From an uncultured virus (IMG/VR IMGVR_UViG_3300033986_000160) (Duplodnaviria > Heunggongvirae > Uroviricota > Caudoviricetes), in the IMG/VR virus record IMGVR_UViG_3300033986_000160: a stretch of DNA of 64,000 bases; one strand, written 5' to 3'. Position numbers and translations under genes: made by a program. Under the pieces are notes generated by a model. The model saw nothing but the letters and a program-made list of their open reading frames with translations. It was not told the DNA's origin and ran no database searches. Numbering within the stretch: position 1 is the stretch's first letter; every line of letters begins with the position of its first letter. Shown piece after piece: positions 39,601-48,608 of the stretch.

Positions 39601-40711
39601 GCCGTTCACAGAACAGCTCATTTTCACAAAAGGAAACGAAGATTTGTTCGCAACATATGGTGTTGTTCTTAAAGATACCGGTGCGGAAATCTTTAGAGAA
39701 TATGACATCACAAATGTATATGAGGTTCCGATAGGATGGGTGACGAGCAATAATTGGTCCCGGATGCAGGGAACTTATTTTGATGTGACCATCGATTCTA
39801 ATGGCGTTAGTACAACTTCAGGTTCTGGGATTGTTGGTCTCTTTAATGACAGCTATCCCACTTTCACTTTTCAATGGTACGGAGTTGAAAATCTTTACGA
39901 TTTTCATGAAATCTGGACACTACCAGGCGAAGATAAGCGTATGGTTGATATTATATTAGACTTTAGGCAATTTAGGTATATCAACTATATGACTGCATGT
40001 TTTGGTCAATTAAACGGCAGCCAACAGACTTCATTTTGGGCTTCTAAGGACGGATTAGAATTTCAGGAAGTTGCAAGATACACTGGAGAAAAGAGGTGGC
40101 AATCAATACAGTTTAATCGTGAATTACGGTATATCAGGGTAAGACTTGAAATTCCATATAGTGTAAACAGAGGTGCTGGTCGTGTTAGTATCGTAAACAT
40201 GAATATCTTCTGGTCACCTGTAAACTACTCGTGGGGTAAAGAGTATTATATCTATAATAAAACTCCTATAAATACAACTCACTGGCTAAACTTTGAAGGA
40301 ATTACAGCAGACAGATATATCGACCACAACCCTGCCGAAATGAGATTCCTGTTGTCAGACGACCCATCACAGAATATATGGAAGTATTGGAATGGTACAA
40401 AATGGATAACAACGCAGTATATTAGGCTCGCAGAGGCTATGTCAATTGAAACGTTACTTTCGCTTACGAAAGAACAGTTAAATCAACTTGAACGTGGCTC
40501 GCTTACAATTGCTGCTATAATGAGAACTGACGATCGGTATAAGACTCCTGTACTAAGGAGTGTTAGTTTTAAGCATGATGTGACCAATGAAGAATTCTAC
40601 ACTCTTACAGACACAGACACCGTTGACTTCAGGTATTATCCTGAAACAGGACAGTTAACAATCGTGAACAACTCCAGTGTTTCACGTAAGTTCAAACTAA
40701 TTCAAATGTAA
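36611..40711 (+). CDS. large tail fibre / receptor-binding-like protein
   Basis: 1366 aa; N-terminal ARG motifs; discoidin-like IQISNDQQVWT..AKYIRF and WASKDGLEF..LRYIRV; central coiled coil. Confidence 0.7.
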   Translation: MQNKIYTTLANIFNELKQAKGSSASLAEAIDEKVKGQQEIVEARDGYATLNDRLDDMKAKTSVNMSDIGVIKHDVDMLKNQPVNTDPAPTIVQMNGNEMIVRIEDRITYKEDNFVLLPGKQKLIVNDQPNVIVDAYRKTQDINAVKATIEYTGDDVVKYDKERNVLSNNMVIPVATNNLYKLPFHTANVFLTEGLDSCLIPYVGTCIADYAASQFNEDGSQNWSNHLINALEGKGAIWTIKRSFVNVTFSLFRAIEVARVASKFASNSTVGKVTIQISNDQQVWTTLYTGSDRDLDYTLPTVQTAKYIRFSYNIFDNLRTNYQIDVSKISVYAYEYNKESGVITTVNPTPINDRSETLKIVQKSPTAKDPFLITRFAIANSKDNGENWVTYIPQRLTVMPDDFYDDLGYKYVGDSLTNNIKLNATSKYLFSNKNVYVNPLPTVDGVLGTATISEHASRTLDLTWKPYKYVFIRAYIKIDGMEYQIPISPDNLNRNISVAIAGYSLVLKITPLSNKVLKLYVWSELDKVIRLDEAKVVVDSAYRLYYPEWYDSHDYAVIYSSASSVDARKYINGYPIDENEIYTNYDVHRYSRWYGHSSDEGSSAFKGNEYTSIAIIPKDMYGGGALRSSVTKTNDGQWITHTYIRSGATLPVSMYLCGDKADVLNPVIESDTEGITGSSLQPRFEYKKDYTAKVYIANKKIVGIHSIQSVSDISNIQYSISFDGTNFYTYNNDTFRWDGMFDRGMTYTELNALNDSHFEQLRAGEWLYIKVRLISPDAKVDSIQIDFENDTFVSIHESEIIDKGMPARVLETINPSSLFSYITTKHSAIKLATAAMSVLPIYQYQLAGFDLMNYNDSQWQEIDPTTVIKYLLPNNNFIFKNITTSPQHVKVMRRIVSNQTAVIDMVEDAKQKLADLERQQNEYKVETDDRFTLMQQSIDLMYQSMQDGTPPPPLPSFILPQVREIDVPDLAPQGYYTVDKVGELRGVQVWEQKTSYVPFTEQLIFTKGNEDLFATYGVVLKDTGAEIFREYDITNVYEVPIGWVTSNNWSRMQGTYFDVTIDSNGVSTTSGSGIVGLFNDSYPTFTFQWYGVENLYDFHEIWTLPGEDKRMVDIILDFRQFRYINYMTACFGQLNGSQQTSFWASKDGLEFQEVARYTGEKRWQSIQFNRELRYIRVRLEIPYSVNRGAGRVSIVNMNIFWSPVNYSWGKEYYIYNKTPINTTHWLNFEGITADRYIDHNPAEMRFLLSDDPSQNIWKYWNGTKWITTQYIRLAEAMSIETLLSLTKEQLNQLERGSLTIAAIMRTDDRYKTPVLRSVSFKHDVTNEEFYTLTDTDTVDFRYYPETGQLTIVNNSSVSRKFKLIQM

Positions 40712-40723
40712 AGGGGATGCCAT

Positions 40724-41812
40724 ATGAAGAAATTATCAATTCCGTACACAAAAGATATGAAGATTCTTGATTTACTGGGGGACAACCTCCAGTATGTCAA
40801 GGAAATCTACTTTCCTTTGCCGTCAAACATTATGGCTTCAGGAAGACCGTACTTTGAAAGTGAAATCCCAGAATATGCTGCAAAGTACGATAGTGAAATC
40901 AAGAGAGCGAAAGATATGGGATTGGATGTGTCTATACTGTTGTCCAAGACTATCATTGACTTTGACAATGGCATGGTTTCACTGGTTATGGCCATAAGGG
41001 AAATCCAAAGACTGAAGGAAGCCTACAATATTGACAAGGTAGTTGTAGGAAACAACACATTGCTCAGGATCTACGGAGAACAGTTAAAGGGTATTGGAGT
41101 AAAAGTAGAGATGACTGTCATGACGGATATCGACTGTGTCGATAAGGTAGAACAGATGGTCGCAATGTATCCGTTTATTGACTCCATATGCTTGAACAGT
41201 ACCTTCCTGTTTAACCTGGATGACATCAAATATCTCAGGCAGAAGTTCCCGAACCTCGAATTGAAGTTGCTCGTAAATCACGGATGCCTTATAAATTGCA
41301 TGTCGTTTGTGAGTCATCACCATTACCTGTCAAGCGTACTGATTGATCCGAATATCGGGATAAATGATCTTGAAAAGTGGAGACTGTTTAGCAACCAGAA
41401 TGAGATCTTGCGGACATGCAAGACATGCGATCATTACTTCTTCAGCAAAGGCGACGACTTCAATCCGATAAGGGAGATGTCCTATCTGCGTCCTGAAGAC
41501 CTTCATCTGTACGACGATGTCATTACATTGTTCAAGATATCAGGTCGTGAAAGACCGGCAGAACATGTAGTACACATGATAAAGGCATTCGGGGAGAGAA
41601 GCCTGGATGGAGACATGAGAACCATTATAGATCTTCCATATCCTATCTATTACATGGATAACAAATCATTCCCGGAGGATTTCGGAGAACACAGAATAAA
41701 CTGTGGACACAAATGTCACAAGTGTAATTACTGTGACAGTTTGAAAGAGGCTGTAATCCGGCCTGGAAAAAATACAGATGATAATATACAACAACCCGTC
41801 TTTGATGTATAA
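40724..41812 (+). CDS. peptidase U32-family (Fe-S, TIM-barrel) protein
   Basis: EIYFP..SGR, LKLLVNHGCLINC, CKTC, YLRPEDLHLY, FKISGRE and C-terminal CGHKCHKCNYC. Confidence 0.8.
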   Translation: MKKLSIPYTKDMKILDLLGDNLQYVKEIYFPLPSNIMASGRPYFESEIPEYAAKYDSEIKRAKDMGLDVSILLSKTIIDFDNGMVSLVMAIREIQRLKEAYNIDKVVVGNNTLLRIYGEQLKGIGVKVEMTVMTDIDCVDKVEQMVAMYPFIDSICLNSTFLFNLDDIKYLRQKFPNLELKLLVNHGCLINCMSFVSHHHYLSSVLIDPNIGINDLEKWRLFSNQNEILRTCKTCDHYFFSKGDDFNPIREMSYLRPEDLHLYDDVITLFKISGRERPAEHVVHMIKAFGERSLDGDMRTIIDLPYPIYYMDNKSFPEDFGEHRINCGHKCHKCNYCDSLKEAVIRPGKNTDDNIQQPVFDV

Positions 41813-41863
41813 TTAAATGAGAACATAATAGGGTAGAGATTAAAATATAAATGGGGTGTCAAA

Positions 41864-43708
41864 ATGGATGTTATTTCTATGCAAATAGCAAATAAAGTTC
41901 TGAGACGAATGAATACCGAATTTAACGGGGTATATGACAAGTTCGTCGCAACCGCAGGACAGAAGACATTCACCACTACGAAAGTGGTAGCTACCGACGG
42001 GAATGCTCTAAAAGTATTTGTGGACGGTATCCTGGCTGTAAAAGACATAGATTATACCGTCATAGACAGTCGAAATATTCAATTTATAAACGGCCTCGAA
42101 GCTGGAGCACAGGTTCTACTGACAACTGATGTTGTTGGCGTTCCAAAGTTTGAGATGGTAGCTCCGGCTTATGACGATACGCAGGTAAAGGCCGATATCA
42201 ACTCTCTTGCAACAAGAGCTCAGAACTCTGAGAATGCAATTTTTGCATTGCAGACAAGAGTAACCAATGCCGAGAGCGAGATCAACAACATCAAATCCGT
42301 GTTGGACGAAGACGGTGATGGAAGTATTACAGACACGATAGCCAATATAAAGGCTCAGTGGGAATCTGCTGACGGCAATCTCACAAACCTGATTAACAAC
42401 AAGGCTGAACAGTCAGACCTTGAAGCGGTTGAAAACGAGATAGCAGCAGCAAGAGGTCTTAGTTCCGACCTTGCAACAGAGCTTAATGCGATCAAATCTT
42501 CTATACCCGCTGCATATGATGATTCCGCTCTGTCAGATAGAGTTGCCGATATCGAGGATGAAATCAGTACAGCACGGGCAACGCATGCATCCATTGGAGA
42601 GAGGATACAAGCAGTTGCTGATCAGATTCCTGTAACTGAAGTTGCAGCCATCAAGAATGAAATAGAGGCTGCTCGTGGAGGCAAGAACAATCTATCAGAG
42701 AAATTATCTGAGATTCAGTTGTCCATTCCTGAAGCATACGATGACTCTGATTTATCGCAGAGAGTCACAGCACTCGAATCCAAGAAACTTGATGAATTTG
42801 TTCTTGTTGACACGGTAACCGGTTATGAATACAAAATCAAAGTTATAAATGGAGTATTGACTGCTGATCTTCTGAAGAAACTTGCTTCAGTTACTGTATT
42901 ACAGATTGGTACAGGAAACATTTATAAGGGTGACACGGTTGGGTTTACTGCAACTGCCAAGTTTGAAGATAATACCGATGCTACATCGAACACTCTGTTT
43001 GTATACTCTGTTGATAACGAAACAATAGCAACCATTAATCCTTCAACAGGTGTTCTTACAGCTCTTGATGAGGGTAATGTAATTGTAAGTGTAACTGGTA
43101 CTGCATATGGTGTAAGTAAGTCAAACAATATTGCTATAACCATCATCCTTACAGATTCGCAGGCTGTAGAGAAGGCTAAAACAAACCTCGATCTTGCCGC
43201 ATATAACAGCTTGCCAAACCTTGATGCTATAATAGGCAATCTTGTAATGCCGGCCACAATGAACGGCACGACTGTAACATGGTCGTCAGATAATGTTTCC
43301 GTTATAGCAAACGACGGAACGGTTGTAAGACCTTCCGGACTTGACGGAAATGCAGTTGTAACATTAACTGCTACAATCAGCAAAGGAACTGTTAGTGACA
43401 CCAAGACATTTGTTGCTACAGTAATAGCACTTCCATTGACTGATGCTGAGAAAGTTCAGATAGCAAAAGCAAACCTAACCCTTGGTGACACTTCAGCCGT
43501 AATATCTGATCTGACGTTACCGAATACTCAGAATGAAGCAACAGTAACTTGGGTATCAAGCGATCCTACTGTAGTGTCTGATACTGGTGTAGTAACAAGA
43601 CCTGCTGCTGGAAGTGGTGACGCTACAGTAACGCTGACTGCAACTATAACGGTTAACAGTGCAAGTGACACTAAAGAGTTCACCGTAACTGTTCTTCAGG
43701 AAGAATAA
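41864..43708 (+). CDS. fibre protein with ARG motifs, a Big_2-like domain and two Ig-like repeats
   Basis: YSVDNETIATINPSTGVLTALDEG; 2 x VTW.S....V....G.V.RP.......VTLTATI......DTK.F...V. Confidence 0.8.
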   Translation: MDVISMQIANKVLRRMNTEFNGVYDKFVATAGQKTFTTTKVVATDGNALKVFVDGILAVKDIDYTVIDSRNIQFINGLEAGAQVLLTTDVVGVPKFEMVAPAYDDTQVKADINSLATRAQNSENAIFALQTRVTNAESEINNIKSVLDEDGDGSITDTIANIKAQWESADGNLTNLINNKAEQSDLEAVENEIAAARGLSSDLATELNAIKSSIPAAYDDSALSDRVADIEDEISTARATHASIGERIQAVADQIPVTEVAAIKNEIEAARGGKNNLSEKLSEIQLSIPEAYDDSDLSQRVTALESKKLDEFVLVDTVTGYEYKIKVINGVLTADLLKKLASVTVLQIGTGNIYKGDTVGFTATAKFEDNTDATSNTLFVYSVDNETIATINPSTGVLTALDEGNVIVSVTGTAYGVSKSNNIAITIILTDSQAVEKAKTNLDLAAYNSLPNLDAIIGNLVMPATMNGTTVTWSSDNVSVIANDGTVVRPSGLDGNAVVTLTATISKGTVSDTKTFVATVIALPLTDAEKVQIAKANLTLGDTSAVISDLTLPNTQNEATVTWVSSDPTVVSDTGVVTRPAAGSGDATVTLTATITVNSASDTKEFTVTVLQEE

Positions 43709-43739
43709 CCTGAAGTAGAAGAATAGGAGGTAATGTTAC

Positions 43740-44012
43740 ATGAGAGCGATAGATAGGATGAGACGTCTCGAAGCAATGACTCTTGGTGTTGCCGCCAACT
43801 ACGTTGTAGATTATACCTATGACAACAAAGGCAGGGTATCCCAGGAAATTGTAACCGGTGACATCAATAAGACAACTACATATACTTATGACGATGCTAC
43901 CGACAACATTATCACAGAAACAACTGTGGAAAACGGTATAACAATCACCAAGACATACGAATACGATGAAGCCTCTGGCAATATCGTCAAGGTAACCGTC
44001 GTTAAGTCATAA
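43740..44012 (+). CDS. small YD-repeat protein
   Basis: YTYDNKGRV..YTYDDATDNI..YEYDEASGNI. Confidence 0.75.
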   Translation: MRAIDRMRRLEAMTLGVAANYVVDYTYDNKGRVSQEIVTGDINKTTTYTYDDATDNIITETTVENGITITKTYEYDEASGNIVKVTVVKS

Positions 44013-44030
44013 CAGAAGGGAGGCCATTGT

Positions 44031-44528
44031 ATGGCTGCAAAGCAAGTCGTCAAGGCTGATCAGATAAAAGGGATGTATGGAGTGTCCCTTGAGGATGACA
44101 TCAAGATCATTGTCGATAAGGCAATGAATTATGACAAGCCTGTGCAAACCAGAAATGACCTCCCTATGACTGATAACCAGGTAGGAGATGTCCGCCTGGT
44201 TATGAGCGAAGGAAAGTTCTATCAATGGAACGGAACCGACTGGGAGCCGACTAAGGATATACATATTGAATCAAGGCAACTTGAATTTACAATTACACAG
44301 GACGGCCAAAGCATCATCCCGATAGATATAGAGGTTGGTGTAGTCAATGGAATAGCAAGTATGGACACGATACAACTCTTGGTGAACGGTATCATTCAAA
44401 AGAAAAACACAGACTACACAGCAGATATCCAGGACAATAAGGTTGTCATTACATGGATATCACCTGATTTTATGCTCGAAACCACTGACTCTGTTCAAGT
44501 GGTTTACGATATATTATTACATGAGTAA
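44031..44528 (+). CDS. fibre-associated protein
   Basis: VKADQIKG N-terminus; GDVRLV..EGKFYQWNGTDW; LLVNG..Q...DY domain. Confidence 0.7.
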   Translation: MAAKQVVKADQIKGMYGVSLEDDIKIIVDKAMNYDKPVQTRNDLPMTDNQVGDVRLVMSEGKFYQWNGTDWEPTKDIHIESRQLEFTITQDGQSIIPIDIEVGVVNGIASMDTIQLLVNGIIQKKNTDYTADIQDNKVVITWISPDFMLETTDSVQVVYDILLHE

Positions 44529-44542
44529 AGGGGAATACCATC

Positions 44543-45280
44543 ATGGCATTGATTAAAGGTAAACAGATTCAGTCACTGGCAGCTACCAAGGTAGTTGAAA
44601 CCAGTGAAAAACAGTTCATCTCCGCTGCGGAGAAAGCTGCATTTGCTGCCAAACAGGATGCTCTCGGATTTGTTCCGATTGATAGTGCTCTTGTAGGAGC
44701 AGCTAACGGTGTAGCCGGTCTTGATGCTAACGGCAAGGTGCCATTGTCAGCAATGCCTGACATGTCTCAGAGCCAAACTTTCGTTAAAACAAACATTGCT
44801 GAAAGGGACGCTCTTACGGGGTTAAAGTCCGGAGATAGAGTTATCGTCCTCGACGACGGAGATGGTAAGAAAGCAGGTTACATATTTGATGGAACTACTT
44901 TCTTCAAAGACTTCGACGTTGACTGGGAGAACATCAATCTCCAGTGGAGCAATATTGTTGACGCTCCTACTTCAACCACAGCAGAAATTGATGCAGCCGT
45001 TGCTAAAACTGCTGAAATCGGTTATGCAAAGACCATCGTTTTGACTGGTATAACTGGTACTACCATCAATACCGGTATCAGGACTGATGGAACCGGGGCA
45101 AACAAAACCAACAAGACAGACATCGTTCTGGCTGTTAATGGTTATGTTCAGACACCTGGAGCTGACAAGGATTACACTGTTGCAGAAGTTTCAAACGAAC
45201 TCGTTGTTACATGGCTTACAAGACACTTCGCTCTTGAGGCTGATGACGAAATCGCAATTACTTTCACGCAGTTGGCGTAA
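44543..45280 (+). CDS. short fibre protein
   Basis: ALIKGKQI; GAANGVAGLDANGKVP; ERDAL..GDRVIV; LAVNGYVQ...DY. Confidence 0.75.
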   Translation: MALIKGKQIQSLAATKVVETSEKQFISAAEKAAFAAKQDALGFVPIDSALVGAANGVAGLDANGKVPLSAMPDMSQSQTFVKTNIAERDALTGLKSGDRVIVLDDGDGKKAGYIFDGTTFFKDFDVDWENINLQWSNIVDAPTSTTAEIDAAVAKTAEIGYAKTIVLTGITGTTINTGIRTDGTGANKTNKTDIVLAVNGYVQTPGADKDYTVAEVSNELVVTWLTRHFALEADDEIAITFTQLA

Positions 45281-45290
45281 TCAAAGCAAA

Positions 45291-45322
45291 TGTCGGGGGA
45301 GCTTGTCTCCCCTGATAATTTG
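45291..45322 (+). terminator. terminator-like hairpin
   Basis: TGTCGGGGGAG-CTTGT-CTCCCCTGATA then ATTT. Confidence 0.55.
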
Positions 45323-45348
45323 ACTAATTGATGGTAGGGAGATGACAT

Positions 45349-45636
45349 ATGGCAAGATTAAAGGCGAAAATGTTGGAAGACATTCCAATCACAAAGATCA
45401 TACTGAGACAAAGAACACTGACAGATGTTAATGGTACTGTCGACAGTCCACACATTGAAACCATACCGATACAAGCTACCGATGATTTTATTGTGCCATA
45501 TGTTAATGTTCTTATTATGGAAGGCGGTATTTATCGCCAAGCAATTCCAGGAGTAGATTTTATGGTGACCTACATTTCACCAAATGAAATGCAGGTTGAA
45601 CTGTTCTTCTCAGGCAACTGTAAGATCAATTACTAA
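45349..45636 (+). CDS. hypothetical protein
   Basis: 95 aa; AGGGAG RBS. Confidence 0.7.
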   Translation: MARLKAKMLEDIPITKIILRQRTLTDVNGTVDSPHIETIPIQATDDFIVPYVNVLIMEGGIYRQAIPGVDFMVTYISPNEMQVELFFSGNCKINY

Positions 45637-45717
45637 CATACTGGACACATGTGTGTTTTTTATATTATAATTAAGATAACGGCTAATGTATAAATTTAGC
45701 TTTTGTGGGGGATAGAG

Positions 45718-46536
45718 ATGGCTATAGGGTTCAACGACAGATATGTGGCCACTGAGGGGCAAACCGAATTTCATACATCTCGGGATTATATGGTAGGCAC
45801 GGGTACATTATTTGTTTACGTAAATGGTATCCTTGCTTTTTGTGGCCCTGACCAAAACTACGTAGAAACGGACTCCCGCACGGTTACATTCAATTATCCG
45901 ATGAGCGAAGGAGATGTCGTGGTTCTTACAACCAGCATTGTAAACTCGAACATCGAAATCATTTCTATTCAATCCAACCCCTCTCTCCTTACAAAATACG
46001 GAGCTGAAAACCGGTTAATAAATAATAACCGGTATACTGTTGAGATCAGGGTTGCAGGAAAGCAACTAAAATGGTCTTTTACATCACGATATTCACCGCT
46101 ATACAGCACAGTTCAGAATATTCGTTCCGATCTTGGAGGACTGGCTGATGCGTTTACCAACGACCAAATAAACTTTGTCATATACCAGAATAGCAAGGAA
46201 GGGTTTGAAATCTATTCGGCAAGATCAGATTATTCCTCTGTAAACGCAATACCGACCTCACTGAAGAACTGGGTTCGGTATAAAACCTGTATAGATTTAA
46301 TATTCGCTGTATATGAAACTATATCGGGAAATGCGGGAAAACGAATGAAAATTATCGGCCCTATGCAGGTTGACAGAGAAACGAAGATTCCGTTTGTGAA
46401 CGATATGTTAAAGAAGTTCCAGAGGGCATTTGAAGATGCAGATGTAAAACTTCGTGAGGCGACGAGAGTGGCTGCATTCGTTAAAGCTGGTACAAGCATG
46501 GCTTTCCCGCTCGCATCGAGGGGGTCGTCATTCTAA
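45718..46536 (+). CDS. head completion/adaptor (neck) protein with an N-terminal beta repeat
   Basis: ATEGQTEF...VYVNG..NYVE domain, then FTSRYSPLYS and a helical adaptor-like region; ATG 45718 after GGGGGA. Confidence 0.6.
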   Translation: MAIGFNDRYVATEGQTEFHTSRDYMVGTGTLFVYVNGILAFCGPDQNYVETDSRTVTFNYPMSEGDVVVLTTSIVNSNIEIISIQSNPSLLTKYGAENRLINNNRYTVEIRVAGKQLKWSFTSRYSPLYSTVQNIRSDLGGLADAFTNDQINFVIYQNSKEGFEIYSARSDYSSVNAIPTSLKNWVRYKTCIDLIFAVYETISGNAGKRMKIIGPMQVDRETKIPFVNDMLKKFQRAFEDADVKLREATRVAAFVKAGTSMAFPLASRGSSF

Positions 46537-47051
46537 TGAAGGTTGATCTTGATTTTAGAGATGAAATGAATGAATGGATAAGAGATTATGGGGTTACAGT
46601 TCTGTACCAGAGAAGCAGCAATTACATAAAGTGTTCATGTGTAGACCCATTATATAAAGCTCCAGATTCAAGATGCACCAAATGTAATGGTACTGGCAAA
46701 TTGATTAAAACTCAGAAGTTGAAGATCCTGATGCAGGAGCAATACCCTCCAAACAGAAAAGGACAGAGAAAAGGACAGTATGATTACTCTCAAGTTGGAC
46801 AAATATACGCTCCTCAGATAACTTTCTACTTTGTCCATAACGAACCACCTAAAGTAAAAGATATAGTTTATATAGTCGGTTGGGATAAAGGAAGACCAGT
46901 AAATCTTATCAATATGTATGAGATCACGGGATTCCAAGGACATAGAGGGGAAGACGGAAGAATAGAATTCTATATGATATCGGCAACAAGCAAGCCAGAA
47001 CTGATGAGCAGGGGTAAAGAGTATTTAGATAGATTGAGGCGAATGAGATGA
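46536..47051 (+). CDS. head closure / neck protein
   Basis: CSC...CTKCNGTG and RGEDGRIEFY, typical of myophage neck proteins; position. Confidence 0.7.
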   Translation: MKVDLDFRDEMNEWIRDYGVTVLYQRSSNYIKCSCVDPLYKAPDSRCTKCNGTGKLIKTQKLKILMQEQYPPNRKGQRKGQYDYSQVGQIYAPQITFYFVHNEPPKVKDIVYIVGWDKGRPVNLINMYEITGFQGHRGEDGRIEFYMISATSKPELMSRGKEYLDRLRRMR

Positions 47052-48598
47052 ATTATGATATCGTATCTCAGTTAAATACAGTTGAAAATTACGGTAAAGT
47101 AATTTACCTTCTTGGTTCCGCAGAAAGCGGGCCTGTCCAAACTCCTGTAAAAGTCAGGACAACGGAAGTGTTAAAAGATGTCTTCGGCAGCCTCGGTACT
47201 ATTGTTGAAGCATTCAACCAGATTACAGATGTTGCCGGCAGCAATTGTGAAATATACTGTGTAAAGGTAACAGGTACGCATGCAACATTGACGATGGATG
47301 TAAACGTAAAAGGCCAGAATGTAATCAACGACGGATTTATTATGAAATCCAAATATGCAAATGAGATATATAATAACATCTATGTTGCACTTGATAACCA
47401 AGGTATGACATTTTATTTTCCAACAGAACTTGGTGGAGGTACAAGACGGTATACTTTCTCCGATTACGAAATACTCGGCTTGCTAATCAGAGCGATCAAT
47501 GAAGATACAAAGAAAGGTCTTAACCATGTATGGGTACATGCAACAATAGGACACGGCACACCGCTTGATGGATTGCTATTCTCAGTCAATCCATCAATGA
47601 TGAATTTCTCGGGAGGAAACAGCGGACTGTATTACAGTAAGGACCAATACTGGTTTTGTCTGTGCGATACATATGATTTGCTTGAAAGTGAATATATTGA
47701 TATAATATTACCATTGGATGCTTTTATGGACGATGTCCATCCGAGATTTTATTACGGTGACCAATTTGAGTCATCGGTTACATATTCAAGCGACAGAGAC
47801 TACCTGGATCTTGAGGATTCAGATGGTAGACCGATAACGTTCCATCGGCCGCTTATAGACTTCTGTAAGAAGCAGATGCGGTTCGGTCTGATTACTCACG
47901 GTATCATGGGGTTTAATAAAATTCCAGATATTGAAGAATTGAATAATCAGGCGTATAATTATATTGATGTAATAAAAGGAAGTCCGCTCGGAGACCGGAT
48001 CGGATTCTTGAAAGCACCGGAAACCGACGACGGGTTCTTTATTTCGGTAGTAGCTGGAGAATTGGAATACAGTGATGGTACAATTGCAAACGGCTACACT
48101 GGTTATGCTGGCCTTATGGCAAGCACAACAATAGCATCAAGTTTGACAAATAAACCATTGGGAGATAAGGTCAAGCTGGCAACAACATTCACCAGCGAAC
48201 AATTAGAGGCTATGGCCAATTTGGGGGTTGTGTCGTTTAGAGACAGTATTTTGAAGGGGTTAGTCGTATCGAATGCGGTTACACCTGTAGCTGACATTTC
48301 TAATGAACTGCATTACTCATGCAATGTGAGAATGATTCAGTTAACACTATCCTTCATAAAATTACAACTCGACAAATTCCTTGGCGAAGATATAAACAAA
48401 CTCATTGACGACAATGCCATAGACACTACTATCAAAGGTGTGCTTGAGTATTTGAAAGAACAGGATGTTCTAAAGGATTACACTTACACACAGAATATCG
48501 ATAGGATAAACGGAGTTCTTCAAATAACTCTCGACCTGAAGACCCTTTACATGGTTGAATCCTGCTCGGTATCTGCCGAAGCTACATTCAAAGTGTGA
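47048..48598 (+). CDS. tail sheath-like protein (second paralogue)
   Basis: LLGSAESGPVQTPV, YDLLE..YIDII, SLTNK, LVVSNAVT and KFLGE parallel the main sheath. Confidence 0.75.
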   Translation: MNYDIVSQLNTVENYGKVIYLLGSAESGPVQTPVKVRTTEVLKDVFGSLGTIVEAFNQITDVAGSNCEIYCVKVTGTHATLTMDVNVKGQNVINDGFIMKSKYANEIYNNIYVALDNQGMTFYFPTELGGGTRRYTFSDYEILGLLIRAINEDTKKGLNHVWVHATIGHGTPLDGLLFSVNPSMMNFSGGNSGLYYSKDQYWFCLCDTYDLLESEYIDIILPLDAFMDDVHPRFYYGDQFESSVTYSSDRDYLDLEDSDGRPITFHRPLIDFCKKQMRFGLITHGIMGFNKIPDIEELNNQAYNYIDVIKGSPLGDRIGFLKAPETDDGFFISVVAGELEYSDGTIANGYTGYAGLMASTTIASSLTNKPLGDKVKLATTFTSEQLEAMANLGVVSFRDSILKGLVVSNAVTPVADISNELHYSCNVRMIQLTLSFIKLQLDKFLGEDINKLIDDNAIDTTIKGVLEYLKEQDVLKDYTYTQNIDRINGVLQITLDLKTLYMVESCSVSAEATFKV

Positions 48599-48608
48599 GG
48601 TGCAGACA

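Noticed and set aside
35634..44012. RHS/polymorphic toxin or diversity-generating retroelement in the fibre cluster
   Set aside because: Only a few YD units, with no RHS core or toxin-immunity pair. No reverse transcriptase or near-identical TR/VR DNA pair was noticed by eye.
11465..45720. Shared phage late-promoter motif (CATA/TATA-rich segments at about 11470, 28590, 41820, 45640)
   Set aside because: The segments are AT-rich, but I could not derive a consistent consensus by eye; this needs MEME plus TSS data.
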